Shown here: piece after piece, positions 40,297 through 54,970 of the stretch
Position numbering within the stretch: position 1 is the stretch's first letter
How the letters are laid out: each line of letters starts with the position of its first letter
Source of the DNA: Octopus vulgaris
Lineage: Eukaryota
Assembly: GCA_951406725.2 (NCBI GenBank)
Contig: OX597816.1
Span: forward strand, 14,198,001-14,262,000
DNA: 64,000 bases
Reading direction: 5' to 3'
Notes under the pieces: generated by a model
What the model saw: only the letters and a program-made list of their open reading frames with translations
Told to the model about the DNA's origin: nothing
Databases searched by the model: none
Position numbers and translations under genes: made by a program

Positions 40297-40408
40297 GAAG
40301 AAGAAGAAGAAGAAGAAGAAGAAGAAGAAGAAGAAGAAGAAGAAGAAGAAGAAGAAGAAGAAGAAGAAGAAGAAGAAGAAGAAGAAGAAGAAGAAGAAGA
40401 AGAAGAAG
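40297..40408. repeat. Pure (GAA)n tract
   Basis: About 37 uninterrupted units. Confidence 0.95.
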
Positions 40409-40629
40409 ACAACAACAACTGCTACGACAATAACGATGGCAACAACAATGACAACAACGACAGCAAAACCTTCGTACCCACAATAACTGTCGACATCATG
40501 AATGCTACGCCAACACGGCTGCCTCGTCCTTTAATTCAATGTTTGCTGTGAACTTAATTGAACAAGATGTCACTTGGAAGTTTTCCAAAAGTATGCTTCA
40601 TACTTCGTCTGACTGTCTGTCTCTTTCTT

Positions 40630-40742
<113 letters not shown>

Positions 40743-40832
40743 TAGAAAGAGAGAGAAACGTATATAAATACATACGTACATATATACGTACACACACACA
40801 CGCACACACACACACACATACACACACACACT

Positions 40833-40863
<31 letters not shown>

Positions 40864-41943
40864 GTTTATATTTATATATATGAATTCACAAACATACACA
40901 CATGTACAGATTGATAATTAGATAAATTACTCAATCAATCAATCGATCAATCACTCAGTCAATCGATCACTCTCTCCCTTTCTCTCTCATTCTCTCACTC
41001 TAAATCTATCTATCTACCTACCCATCTAACTATCTATTTTGACTTGTCTCTCTCTGTGTTGTCAGCTGATTTAACCCTATGTATCCCTGTTTAACGAACG
41101 ATCATCTCTCACTGAATGTATCATCTCACAATGGCGAGAATCACAGCAGTGGCACAGCTAGCAGCAGCAGCAGCAGCAGCCGCTGTACGCATACCAGAAG
41201 CAGCAGTAGCAGCAATTACAGAAGTAATATTTTAGCAGCAGCAGCAGCAGATGCAGCAGAAGCAGTAGTCGTAGTAGTAGTAGTAGTAGTAACAGCAGCA
41301 GTACCTGAAACGTCAGGCGCAAGCAGCTGTAAGGATATCAGAAGGTAGCTGATAACATTAGTAGCATCATTATCAGCAGCATTAATTGCAGTAGAAAGAG
41401 CAGCAGCAGCAGCTACTGTAAGCAGCAGGAGCAGTATAGCGGCGGCAGCAGCAACGGCAGCAGTAATAAACATCTTCTGATGAGAAATGCACAGATTTCA
41501 AAATCTGTTGTTTGCCTTTGCTCTCCCCCTTCCCCATTGCTTGCTACCTCCCTTTCCTCTCTCTCTCTCTCTCACTTTCATCGTCTGCCTGCCTCTTGCC
41601 TCTGTTTGCCTCTCTCTCTCCCCCCCTCTTTCCCTCTGATTGTCTGTCTCTCACACCCCAACCTTCTTCCTCCTCCTCCTCTTTACAATAAACTTCCGTA
41701 ACAACGGAAACCAGAATAAAGCGAGGCTCCGTTTGGATGTATGAGCTGCTAGACATAACAGCCAAATCTAGCTGAAATTCACACTCTACTAAGAAATGGA
41801 CATGTTAAACAACGTTAGTTCTAGGTGCTCTAAAAAGACCAAGAGTGATTTGACTGCTATTTCTAGCAGAATACATTTCATCAGTCGAGGATGACCAGGA
41901 GGAAAATAACAACAACGGTTCAAATATATTTTTTTATCCATCA

Positions 41944-41992
<49 letters not shown>

Positions 41993-42004
41993 CTCTCTCT
42001 CTCT

Positions 42005-42240
42005 CTCTTTTACACTTTTACTTGTTTCAGTCATTTGACTGTGGCCATGCTGGAGCACCGCCTTTAGTCGAGCAAATATCGATCCCAGGACTTATTCTAT
42101 GCAAGCCTAGCACTTATTCTATCGGTCCCTTTTGCCGAACCGCTAAGTTACGGCGACGTAAACACACCAGCATCGGTTGTCAAGCGATGTTGGGAGGACA
42201 AACACAGACACACAAATATACATACACACACATACACACA

Positions 42241-42326
<86 letters not shown>

Positions 42327-42428
42327 CGACGGGCTTCTTTCAGTTTCTGTCTATCAAATCTACTCACAAGGCTTTGGTCGGCCCTAGGCTATAGTAGAAG
42401 ACACGCAGTGGGACTGAACCCGGAACCA
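42005..42428 (-). mobile_element. SINE family A
   Basis: Reverse complement, with the head truncated. Confidence 0.85.
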
Positions 42429-42609
42429 GCCTATCCCATATAGTGTATCTAGGAATACATTATTTAATGTGTTCTCTTTAAAAAAAGCATATAGGAAATT
42501 TGAGAGATTCAACTGTTATTTTCAGAGACTCACCTATCGTTATGAAAATCGGGTAATGGCCGAAAAAGTATAACAACAAAGGCAATCGGCCGAAATTACG
42601 TTCCTCTGA

Positions 42610-42990
42610 AGGATCTATGGAATAAATGTTACTCGCCAGGTTGCGTAGCTCGGAGATCAGGGAGTCTTTCCAGGTTGAACCGCTGCTTTTTCGCATTGAG
42701 AAGTCATAGCATAAATACTATGGACATGTGATTAGGATGTTGCGGGTAAAGAATCGCAAGACGGATTCTTCAAGCCGAGTCAACTGGCAGGAGACCAAGG
42801 GGTTGACCAAAAATGAGATGATTGGATTATATCCATAGTTTCTGATGGTCATAAGTGAAAATCTAGCTGGAAAGTCGAATTACGGTTGCTTCTGAAAGGA
42901 CCCTATAGAAAAGATGCCTATGGACGCTTTCATCACGACCCCCATCCCCACCCGGGGCACGACTTTGGACAGAGAAGACGGATGGTTGAA
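42610..42990 (+). pseudogene. RTE-clade LINE 3' fragment
   Basis: YYGHVIRM...RIARRILQAESTGRRPRG*PKMR*LDYI is the RTE C-terminal GH..R / G.RPRGRP..W motif. Confidence 0.65.
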
Positions 42991-43199
42991 CGTTTAGAGA
43001 CGTCCTTGATTTCTCTGTGGGTTCTATTCTATAGAGTTCCATATCCGGATGAAACTGCAATTAGTAATGTGTCTTTGTAGCATTTTGACTGTAACCAAAT
43101 ACCTGCTGCCCTTCATCAAATCGATGTATCAATCAACGGAACGATCATGACGATCATTTATAGAGAGTAGATCAGTGAAGGGTACGTGCGTGGGCTCTT

Positions 43200-43550
43200 T
43201 ATACCGGAAACGCTTTCAAGTGACCTGCATTGAAGATTTCCACAATTATTTTCGGGAAAATACTTTGTAGTAATAAGATTCTGGGTAGAGTGAGGTCACG
43301 ACTCTGCAGAGTATATCGATTCCACCAGGCTAGCCATATTCTTCGTCTAGTTGATCAATGGTACTCCAAAAGAGCCATGATTTAGGTAACATCTGTCAAC
43401 AGGCATGGAAGTGACAGGCCGAAGATCACTTGGAGGAGGACATTTCAAGATGATCAGAAGACAGTCAACATTACGTGGAATGGATATGCAAGATTAGCAG
43501 CCAACCGAATCAGATGGAATGCTACCAATTCATTGAGCCGCGCAAGTGGA
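43200..43550 (+). pseudogene. Possible degraded RTE-clade 3' fragment
   Basis: RPKITWRRTFQDD at ~43417-43455. Confidence 0.4.
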
Positions 43551-43577
43551 GCTATAGCTGAAAAAAAAATTAACATC

Positions 43578-43741
43578 TAGGTGCGGGAGTGGCTGTGTGG
43601 TAGGTAACTTGCTTACCAACCACATGGTTCCAGGTTCAGTCCCACTACGTGATACCTTGGGCAAGTGTCTTCTACTATAGCCTCGGGCCGACCAAAGCAT
43701 TGTGAGTGGATTTGGTAGACGGAAACTGAAAGAAGTCCGGC

Positions 43742-43780
<39 letters not shown>

Positions 43781-43782
43781 TA

Positions 43783-43840
<58 letters not shown>

Positions 43841-44072
43841 TGTTTGCGTGTATATGTTTGTGTGTCTGCGTTTGTCCCTCCACCATCGCTTGGCAACTGA
43901 AGCTGCTGTGTTTATGTCCCTTAGCAGTTCGGCAAAAGAAACCGATAGAATAAGTACTAGGCTTACAAAGAATAAGTCATGGGGTCGATTTGTTCGACTA
44001 AAAGGCGGTGATCCAGCATGGCCGCAGTCAAATGACTGAAACAATTAAAAGACTAAAAGAATAAAAAAGAAT
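43578..44072 (+). mobile_element. SINE family A
   Basis: Full copy. Confidence 0.9.
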
Positions 44073-44440
44073 AACTATATTTACAGGTGAAGTTGTTTGA
44101 GCATTATGTTAGTACCCGAGTTGCTGATGACACTTAGAGACCTTGTTTTGTAGCCCTTTTTTCGTTGCCTTCCAACAGCCGTAGATATTCTGTTGCGGAT
44201 AGAAACCTCCAGCTATGGAGCTATTCAGCCATTCATCGACTTGGTTATGTAAGAAAAAATTCACGGCTTTGGCGTGGCCGACGCATCCGAAAGTAATTCT
44301 TGATAACGTAGCAAACTAAGGCGAAATGCTTCTTCGTAAAAGATCTCTCATGAATTATGCACTTCAACAGTAAAAGGAAAATAATGACAACAGGCCTTAC
44401 GGCTGGAATCATTCATGATAAATACATAAGAACCATCCAT

Positions 44441-44825
44441 AGGCGCAGGAGTGGCTGTGTGGTAAGTAGCTTGCTAACCAACCACATGGTTCCGGGTTCA
44501 ATCCCACTGCGTTGCATCTTGGGCAAGTGTCTTCTGCTATAGCCCCGGGCCGACCAATGCCTTGTGAGTGGATTTGGTAGACAGAAACTGAAAGAAGCCA
44601 GTCGTATATATGTATATGTATGTGTGTGTGTCTGTTTGTCCCCCTAGCATTGCTTGACAACCGATGCTGGTGTATTTACGTCACCGTCACTTAGCAGTTC
44701 GGCAAAAAGAGACCGATAGAATAAGTACTGGGCTTACAAATAATAAGTCCCGGGGTCGATTTGCTCGACTAAAGGCGGTGCTCCAGCATGGCCGCAGTCA
44801 AATGACTGAAACAAGTAAAAGAAAA
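44441..44825 (+). mobile_element. SINE family A (near-consensus)
   Basis: Full copy. Confidence 0.92.
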
Positions 44826-45114
44826 AAAAAAAAATATGGTATGGATAAAGAGAACAGAATTGGGGTGCTATAAACTGATCAAAGTACCAGTGTCATGAAA
44901 AAGGGTCGTTTGGCTTCGAGGAAACTAATGTATTTTCTTTGTTTCGGGGATGTTAATCTAAGTTAATCTAGTTGAGGCTATCTTTTGTCAATATAACTCT
45001 CGTTATAAAATTCGAACTTTGCACTGAGGGCCAAGGAAACACGCATCATTTATTCAATGATATCGCTGTTTAAAGAAGCAAGCTTTATCAGCGTATCGGG
45101 TACTTATTGACAGC

Positions 45115-45699
45115 TATATAGATTTTTAAATCTGGTGAGTTAAGTGGTCATCTCTTTACTTACAGAAGTACGTTACACCACAAATGTTACCTATTAACAG
45201 TAACACAGACTTTTATTTCAGCTGTATTAAGTAGTAGCTTTAGTATAGACAAAACAGAACAATATGGCCCTCTTGATCCCTGAAGTGATGCCATGGCGAG
45301 CTGGCAGAAACGTTAGCACGCCGGGCGAAATGCGTAGCCGTATTTCGTCTGCCGTTACGTTCTGGGTTCAAATTCCGCCGAGGTCGACTTTGCCTTTCAT
45401 CCTTTCGGGGTCGATAAATTAAGTACCACTTACGTACTGGGGTCGATGTAATCGACTTAATCCGTTTGTCTGTCCTTGTTTGTCCCCTCTGTGTTTAACC
45501 CCTTGTGGGTAGTAATGAAATATATATAGATTTTTAAATCTGGTGAGTTAAGTGGTCATCTCTCTACTTACAGAAGTATGTTACACCACAAAAGTTACCT
45601 ATTAACAGTAACATAGACTTTTATTGCAGCTGTGTTAAGTAGCTTTAGTATGAACAAAACAGAACAATATAGACCTCTTGGTCCCTGAGGTTATGCCAT
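45115..45699 (+). repeat. ~180-bp direct repeats (45115-45294 / 45523-45699) flanking a SINE family B copy (45295-45521)
   Basis: The repeats differ by ~13 substitutions and a 3-nt indel. The SINE sits exactly at their junction. Confidence 0.9.
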
Positions 45700-46378
45700 A
45701 TATACCCGATCATCTGCGACTCTCACACTTAAAAAAAAAAACCTATTTACCAGACGACCACTGATCATATAAAACACGCCGTACTTTTCTCCACATCCGT
45801 ATATTACACATTCCATTATACTATAGTGGTGAAAGCCGTCGTGAAATATTCACCTTGAAAATAAGCGAATACATGCGCGGAAGCTCATGAACTGTTGTTG
45901 TTGTTGTGTTTGCTCAAATGGAAGTTCAATGTTGCAACTTGTAAAAAGAACCTGGCCATGAGGACTGCGTCTCTGACAAGTATGGCAGAATGTATTGTAT
46001 TGCATTGTATTCTATTTCATTCCATTTCATTTCACCCCCACAACAATGTTCGAGTGAAACCTTACTAAACCCTTGCGTCTAACTTCGTCATTGCATCTCT
46101 CATAACATGAACACTTCGTAAAATGTTCTTTAAATAACAGTAACTGCCATGACGCAGTGCATTGCAACGATTCTCGTAAATATATATTTCCTGCTTTTTT
46201 GTTTTCTTAGCTATGGCTTTGGAAATACTAATCGTTAGATATTCACAGTTAAAGACGTATACACCGAATTACACAACTAACACATGCTATAGACACGCAA
46301 AAACTACTTACATACCTACCCACATCCATGCTTACTACACACATCTATACATACATGAGTACATACATACATACATAT

Positions 46379-46441
<63 letters not shown>

Positions 46442-46629
46442 GGTGTGTGTGTGTGTATGTTCGTGCATATACACACACATACATATATACATACATACAT
46501 ACATACATACATACATACATACATACATACATGCATACATACACACATACATACGTACATATATATGACGAACTAACTGTTACTTTCTCAGATGCAGCAC
46601 GGATTTTTGTCAGTGAACAGGTCGCTGCA

Positions 46630-46711
<82 letters not shown>

Positions 46712-47099
46712 GATACATATATATATATATACACCTACGTACATAAAAACGTGTATACGAGTACACAGATAGGTGTTTGCGCTGTTAGTCTCTCGTGCTA
46801 ACATACAAATAATGTTACAAGTGAAGAACTAATTCAATCCTACCATTGTGTGTCATTCTCCAAATATACCAACGCCAACCTTTGAGGCCTTTGTTATGCT
46901 TACAGGAGTGCAAGATCACACGATGTTTTATATTTAGCAAGTAATGCACACGCACGCAATACACAGACAGACACAAATACATACATATACACATGTGTAC
47001 ATACGTGTATACATAGACACAAACACACAAACACACACGTACGCGCGTACGCGCGTACCAGCATATTTATGCATCTGTGTGTGTGCGCGTGTGTATGGC

Positions 47100-49030
47100 A
47101 CCCATTTGACAACATAAACTTCCACAAAGCGGACTGGGGAGCAATCAGAAAGGATCTGTCTTCCATCGACTGGTCTTTTACTCTCAATTCCTCTCATATT
47201 GAGACCGCGTGGCAGCACTTTGAAAACATTGTCACCTATACATGCTCTAAACACGCTCCCACGAAATCTACTAACACAAACAGAAACCGGCTCCCTAAAA
47301 AGAAAAAAACACTCATCAGACGCATCAAAAGACTCAACAAAAAAATCAACCAATAGAAATATTCCCACACGCAACATCCACATTCAACAACAATGAAAAG
47401 ACTAGAGATGGAAAAATTTCATCTGCAGACCAACATGAAAACCTCCATTGAAAATCAAAGAGCTGAGGAGGAACAGTGGGTAATCAAAAACATCAAATAG
47501 AACCCAAAAGTGTTCTATTCTTATGCAAATAAGCATAGAACCACTGTCTCACCCATTGGGCCATTGATTGATGATAACGGCATTCTCCAACACGATGCTA
47601 AAGAAATGGCAGAAATACTGCAGAAACAATACTGCTCTGTCTTTAGTGTTCCCACTGATATTGACGTAAGAGAAACGAACGAAGTTGACTCCCAACATAA
47701 AATCTCAGACATAACCTTCACTGCCACTGACATCGTAGCAGCAATAAATGAGGTCAAATATTACTCTGCTGTAGGCCCTGATAGATTCCCCGCTAGTCTC
47801 CTGAAGGAATGTAGACACCAACTTGCAGTCCCTCTGACCAACCTCTGGAGAAATTCGTTAGACGCAGGTTATATACCGAAACAGTTTCTATCCCAGTCGG
47901 TCTCCCGGTTTTCAAACAGGGAAACAGATCCCTCGCAGTCAACTATCGCCCAATCTCACTCACCTCCCACATCATTAAAGTGTTTGAAAGAGTGTTAAGA
48001 TCAAGGATAGCTGACTTCCTGGAGACCCACAAACTCCTAAATGCAAATCAGCATGGCTTTCGCTGTGGCAGGGACTGTCTAACACAGCTCTTACACCACA
48101 TTGAAGATGTACTCAAAGCCTTGGGAACAGGTTCGAACTCTGACGTCATATATCTTGACTTCAGTAAAGCGTTCGACAGGGTAGACCATAATATCCTACT
48201 CTCAAAATTGGCAAATGTTGGAATCCGGGGAAAAGTTCTACACTGGATTAAGTATTTCCTGGCGAATAGAACACAACATGTTGCAGTTGATGGAGTCCAC
48301 TCAAGCCCAGCAAAAGTCACCAGCGGTGTTTCCCAGGGGACTGTTTTGGGTCCGCTACTCTTCATAATTTACATAAACGACCTTTCCAGTGTCGTACATT
48401 ACTGCAAGGTGAAAATATTTGCTGATGACACTAAGCTCCAGCAAATCGTCAATGAAGAAGCAGACCGAACTCAACTCCAGTTTGATCTATATGCCGTGAG
48501 TCAATGGGCAGACAGAAACAAAATGCAACTGAATGAGGGAAAATTTGAGCTGATGCATTTTGGAAGAAATTCCTCACTAAAACAACCATACTCTCTTCCT
48601 TCAGGGGAACCGCTCACATTAGCTTCAAGGTTCATCCAAGACTGGGACCACGGGCCATACGACCCCTGCCCAGTTCAAGATCACAACATACATGTACACT
48701 GCAACATAATTTCTTTTCCTCAACAGGCCCTGCCCTATTTAACATTGTCCCGAAGGAGATCAAGAGGAAAAGGATCCCATCAACTTTAAACGGAGTCTGG
48801 ATAGATTCCTTCAAAGAATACCAGATAAGCCACCCATAATTGGATACAACTCACCCAACAAGAACTCACTACTTGAACAAAACTGGATACAACTCACCCA
48901 ACAAGAACTCACTACTTGAACAAAACTTGACTTAAACAGGATTCGAATAATCCTATCAGGTGGTGCTATTAAGTTAGACATGGCCTGGACCAATCTTTGG
49001 TCGAAACATATCTAAGTTTTATCTAAGTTT
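47100..49030 (+). pseudogene. CR1-like LINE ORF2 (reverse transcriptase) pseudogene, 5'-truncated
   Basis: NYRPISLTS, QHGFR, YLDFSKAFD.V.H, SGVSQGTVLGPLLF, FADD. It has frameshifts, an internal deletion near 48615 and an ATCTAAGTTT(T) repeated tail. Confidence 0.92.
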
Positions 49031-49117
49031 ATGCATGTATATATATATGTATGATCTCTTTCTCTTTTTAATTTAGAGTAGATTTTGTCCGGCAACCTAC
49101 TTGGTAGCTACGTTTAT

Positions 49118-49375
49118 CTTACTCTTTACTCTTTTACTTGTTTCAGTCATTTGACTGTGGCCATGCTGGAGCAGCGCCTTTAGTCGAGCAAATCGATCCC
49201 AGGACTTGTTCTTTGTAAGCCTAGTACTTATTCTATCGGTCTCTTTTGCCGAACCGCTTGGTTACGAGGACGTAAACACACCAGCATCGGTTGTCAAGCG
49301 ACGTTGGGGGGACAAACACAGACACACAAACATATATGTATACGCGCACACACATATATATACATATATAAGACG
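49118..49375 (-). mobile_element. SINE family A 3' half
   Basis: Reverse complement of the tail half. Confidence 0.85.
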
Positions 49376-49878
49376 ACGACGACGACCACCATCATCATCA
49401 TCACCACCACCACCACCACCACCACCACCAAATCCACGACCATCCCCTTCAACACCATCGTCATCGACGTATCGTCACCACCATCATCATCATTATCGTC
49501 GTCGTAGTCATTACCATTGTTAGTCATACAATCACTATGATGATAAGTTAGTTAATCACGTGGTGAGCAATGGACGAACTTGATCTCAGTTTGTAACAGT
49601 GAAACCCTACATGAAACATGCTAGCATCCAACACTCCACTATAGATTTCCTATGCAGAGGCGCGTCTGGGTATTCCTTTCTCCATCTAATCATTATGATA
49701 TACAATGTTAATTCATTTTTACATTATTTATTTGTTGTTATTGTTGTTGATGTTCACCTTCCTCATAGCTAGCTTGACATTCTAACATCTATGACGCACA
49801 CACATACACACACACATATATACATATATATATACATATATATATATATACATATATACGTATAAATATGTGTGTATA

Positions 49879-49927
<49 letters not shown>

Positions 49928-49928
49928 G

Positions 49929-50017
<89 letters not shown>

Positions 50018-50030
50018 ATATATATACATA

Positions 50031-50092
<62 letters not shown>

Positions 50093-50284
50093 TATGTTCC
50101 TCTGTGTGCTACATATCTGCATCCTCATAAACACTTCAACAAATAAACAAATAAATAAATAACGAAAGAAAGGAAGGAACGAAGGAAGAAAGCAAGGAAG
50201 CAAAAAAAAAAACCGAAAAGAATAAGAAATAGTTTGCTAAGGTATTCTCGTTGTACATCAGATTACGACGAATCAAGTAAACAT

Positions 50285-50702
50285 TAGCTTCAAATTTTGG
50301 CACAAAGCCAGCAATTTTGGGAAATGGAGAGGAGGCGCGAGGCACGTCGATTTCTTTGACTCCAGAGCTTGGTTTGTTCTTATCTTATCCACTCCGCAGG
50401 GATGAAAGATAAAGACACCCTCAGAGAAATTTGAACTCAAAATGTAAAGACGGACGAAATGCCGCTAAGCATTTTGTCCGGCGTGCTAACGTTTCTGCCA
50501 GCTCGCCGCCTTAAATACGCGAAATATCGATTTTAAATTTTGGCACAAAGCCAGCAAGTTCGAAGAAGCAGGTAAGTCGATTATATCGACCCCCCAGTGC
50601 TCAACTGGTACTTTATCAACCTCGGACGGATGAAAAGCAAAGTCAACCTCGGCAGAATTTGAACTCAGAACGTACAAACGATTCTGTCAGCTCGCCACCT
50701 TA
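50285..50702 (-). mobile_element. Two diverged SINE family B copies
   Basis: Reverse-complement heads end at ~50512 and ~50702. Confidence 0.78.
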
Positions 50703-50727
50703 AATACAGTAAATATTAATGTATGTA

Positions 50728-51240
50728 TAAGATGTCCCAAATGTCACTGATAGGTTTCTATTTTTAAAAAGTTCTTTAATTTTACAAATAAATGCATGAA
50801 AGTTTGATACAATATAAAGGATGTAATAGAAATTAATATGCGCGAGTCAAATTTTGCAACACCACTACATCACATATGAAAAACATTTGCTAAATGGCAG
50901 CCATTTTTGGTTTTACACGCCCGTCCTCTTTCCAAAACATGCACCATAACACCCTCAAGAGTTTCAGACCCCACTTCTCTGATTTTTCAATTGATGTTCT
51001 CCTTCAGTTGCCCCAGGGTCTCCAGTTTGTTGACGTAAACCCTCTCTTTCAGGCATCCCCACAAGAAACAATTCAGGCTAGTCAAGTCAGGGAACATGAA
51101 AGGCCAGTTGACATTGCCGTAGCGGGAGATTATTCTCTCTCCAAAGCTCTGCTGTAGCGACTGCATTGTTTCTCTTGCAGTATGAGCAGTTGCCCCATCT
51201 TGCTGGAACCACGTTTGAGGTCTACTTTGAATGACCTTCA
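50728..51240 (-). pseudogene. Tc1/mariner-superfamily transposase C-terminal fragment
   Basis: WFQQDGATAHTA...NWP...PDLT.L.CFLWG.LKERVY is the catalytic region of DD37D/rosa-like transposases. Confidence 0.8.
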
Positions 51241-52090
51241 CGCTCCCCAGACTCTACTAGACCGGACTTTTTCTTGTGGGGAAGAAATGACTGTCTGATT
51301 CAGGAGCTCGCGTTGCAAACAGGTAGATTCAGGTTTCGTCTCACTGTGCGGCACCTTGTTATCTTCTACAATAGCCTTTTGTGTGTTGCGTCTTCTTTAT
51401 GATGCACCACCATCGTTTCACAACCGGTGTTGGTTTGTTTAGATATCCATCACCTAGTAGTTCGGCAAAAGACACCGACAGAATAATTACCAATTTTAAA
51501 AATTTGTGGTTGATATGTTCGACAAAACCCTTGAAGATTGTGCCCTGAAATGGCACAGTCTAGTAACTGTCACAAGTAAAAGATGCCAGATGGAGTTTGC
51601 AACAGAAAAATTTTCTATATTTTACATGGTCATTAATATGGCGCTGGTGATAATGGTGGCCTTCGTATATATAATGTTTTAGCGCTTTTTCTCTCGAAAC
51701 GTTTATCAGGGAAGCTGAATCTAGGATGCTATTTTGCTGCATTGTATTGTCTTTGAATGTGTATGTGTGTGAGTGTATTTGTGTGTGTGTGAGTGTGTGT
51801 GTGTCTATACTGCTTAGTTATTCGGGTATGACTTGTCAACGTTGGTCTCGTTGTCGTCATCGTCGTCGTCGTCGGCGGCGGCGGCGACATCTCTATTCTT
51901 ATTGCATCTCTATACAATTTGTCAGGGATGGAATGCTTTCGATATTGTAGCAATAAAGTAACCAGTGGCAACCGCAAAGGATGTAGGAAAATAACTGCAC
52001 ACATAAACACACAAACATACACATTACACACGCACTCACAGACAAACACATACACGCACATACAATTACTCACTTCCCTTCAATCACTGC

Positions 52091-52129
<39 letters not shown>

Positions 52130-52174
52130 CAGGTGTATGTGTATGTTGACATATGTATATGCATATATATATAT

Positions 52175-52218
<44 letters not shown>

Positions 52219-52441
52219 GTATGTATGTATATATACATCTTTATACTAAACATATATATGCATATATATGTTTATATATATACATATATACACGTGTATG
52301 TATAGGTTCACTTATAGTTATTTATATGCATGTATACACACACACACACATATACATTCATATATATATATTTGTATGTAAATTTATATGTATGTAGAAA
52401 CACAGAGAGAATGGAAGAGAAATACATACATAAGTGCACGC

Positions 52442-52541
52442 NNNNNNNNNNNNNNNNNNNNNNNNNNNNNNNNNNNNNNNNNNNNNNNNNNNNNNNNNNN
52501 NNNNNNNNNNNNNNNNNNNNNNNNNNNNNNNNNNNNNNNNN
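52442..52541. other. Assembly gap (100 N)
   Basis: N run. Confidence 1.
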
Positions 52542-52743
52542 AATATATAAATGTAAAGATGTTTATATTTCCAGTTCTACATAAATATATGCTCGTATGT
52601 ATGTGTATATATATATATATATATATAGATATCTTTATATATATTTATTTATATATATATTTAAATATATATATATATGTATGTATATATTTATAAATAA
52701 ATGGCTGCACATATACCTAATGTATCTATCTATCTATTTATCT

Positions 52744-52782
<39 letters not shown>

Positions 52783-53183
52783 ATATACAAACATACATAC
52801 ATATATATATATTTATATACATATATGTATTATATGCATGTAGGTACTGATGCGTGTGTGAGTGCGTGTGTGTATGTATATACATATGTATGTACACGTA
52901 TGTGTCTTCACGTAAAGTTTATAATACTTGAAATAATGCGTTCCTCTGTCTTGTCATATTTACATTTCAATAGAAGGACCACATTATTTTAATACAACTG
53001 TTATGTATTAATACGTCCATACAGAATATACAATCGAAATTTGTTGTTATGCATAGAAATATATATTTACATTTATGAAGACATGCGTAGATATAAGCTT
53101 CGATGAATATATCTACGTAAGTATGTATATCTATATATACATGTATGTATACACCCACACGCACACACAATATATATATACAC

Positions 53184-53264
<81 letters not shown>

Positions 53265-53455
53265 CATATATATGCACGTGTATATATATATATGTATATA
53301 TACGTATATATATATATATTATATCTGCATATGTAAGAAATTTAGGATATGTATAAAATTTATTTCTATCCTTGTGTGTGTATCTGTGTCTGTGTGTCTG
53401 TGTTTGTTTGTGTGTTTGTGTGTGTGTATGTGTGTATGTGTGTGTGCGTGTGAGT

Positions 53456-53487
<32 letters not shown>

Positions 53488-53768
53488 TTTGAGTATTTGT
53501 GTGTTTGTATTTTTTTCTGCTTATGTGTGTACACATATACAAGTAATGCCGCATTTGCTGGAAATTATAACTTCTTAAAAGCGAACCTTTTTAATGTTTT
53601 TCATTAGGTTTAGTTATGGTTTCTTTTTCAATCAAATTTTGTTCACACTTTAAGTTTCTCATTCAGTTCGCTCATTCCATAGTTGTATTCATTTATGACT
53701 TTATCGCATAAGACACACTCACAGGTAAATAGATAGATAGGTAGGTAAGATAGATAGATAGATAGATT

Positions 53769-53829
<61 letters not shown>

Positions 53830-53922
53830 GTAGGTAGGTAGGAGGGTATGTATGTTGATAGATAGAAAGTTATACAGATAGATAGATAAATAGATATATA
53901 GATATATAGGCAAGTAGGTAGG

Positions 53923-53997
<75 letters not shown>

Positions 53998-54143
53998 GTA
54001 GGCAAGTAGGTTGATTGATAGATAAGTAAGTAGAGACGTAGATAGATAGACAGATAGATAAATAAGGATGTAGAGTGATAGGTAGATAGATAGAAATGTA
54101 GGTAGGTAGGTAAGCAGGTGGATAAGAAGGTAGATAGGTTGAT

Positions 54144-54221
<78 letters not shown>

Positions 54222-54225
<4 letters not shown>

Positions 54226-54357
54226 CTTTATTGGCCACACAGGGCTAAACACAGAAGGGACAAATACAAATGTAGAGCTTTTCTTTTCGAAGATGGGAAA
54301 AGAAAAAGGAAAAAAAAGTAACAAATGTAAAATTCCGATCAAAAGGGATCGTAAAAA
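54222..54357 (-). mobile_element. Probable LINE 3' end inside (ATAG)n, sharing its tail with SINE family B
   Basis: The minus strand ends TTTGTCCCTTCTGTGTTTAGCCCTGTGTGGCCAATAAAG; the SINE tail is TTTGTCCC.TCTGTGTTTAGCCCCTTGTGGG. Confidence 0.55.
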
Positions 54358-54929
54358 TAGATAGATAGATAGGTAAGTAGACAGGTAGATATATAGGTAG
54401 ATAGATATGTTTATCGATCTATTCCAGACAATAATCTAGAGGAACAATACCCGGTTTTCACAACCTCAGTTGTCTATACACTTTGTCTCTTGAAGAAAAT
54501 TTCTCATGTCTGAAAGAAAGAAAATATATTTAAAAACCGGAGACATTTTAGAATTATCACATTGCCGCAAATATTTAAAGGACATAACGATTTTTTAAAG
54601 AAATTTGTATTTTAATACATTTTCTTTGCTTTTATCTTATTTTCTTAAGTATGCAAGGGTATATTTAATTTTCTATGCACGTGCCTATGAATACATGTGT
54701 GCTCGTAACCATGTTTGTATGGCGTAGGATGTGTATATGTATATCTGTTATATATGTGCGAGTGTGTCTGCATATATGTATAGACATTGATATGTGCCTG
54801 TGTAATCTACACTCAATATATACATAAAAGCACACTTTCATACATATACATACATCCATACATAAATACATACATACATTACTTAAGTAGCCATCTGCAC
54901 ATATTTGTCCATAGATGTATATATGTATG

Positions 54930-54970
<41 letters not shown>

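Noticed and set aside
40271-40551. Poly-K/poly-E ORFs
   Set aside because: (GAA)n tract artefact.
45850-45895. TTGAAAA..GCG/CGC-GGAA-GC-TC as a second U3-A8 hammerhead
   Set aside because: GAAA is mutated and the stems are poor.
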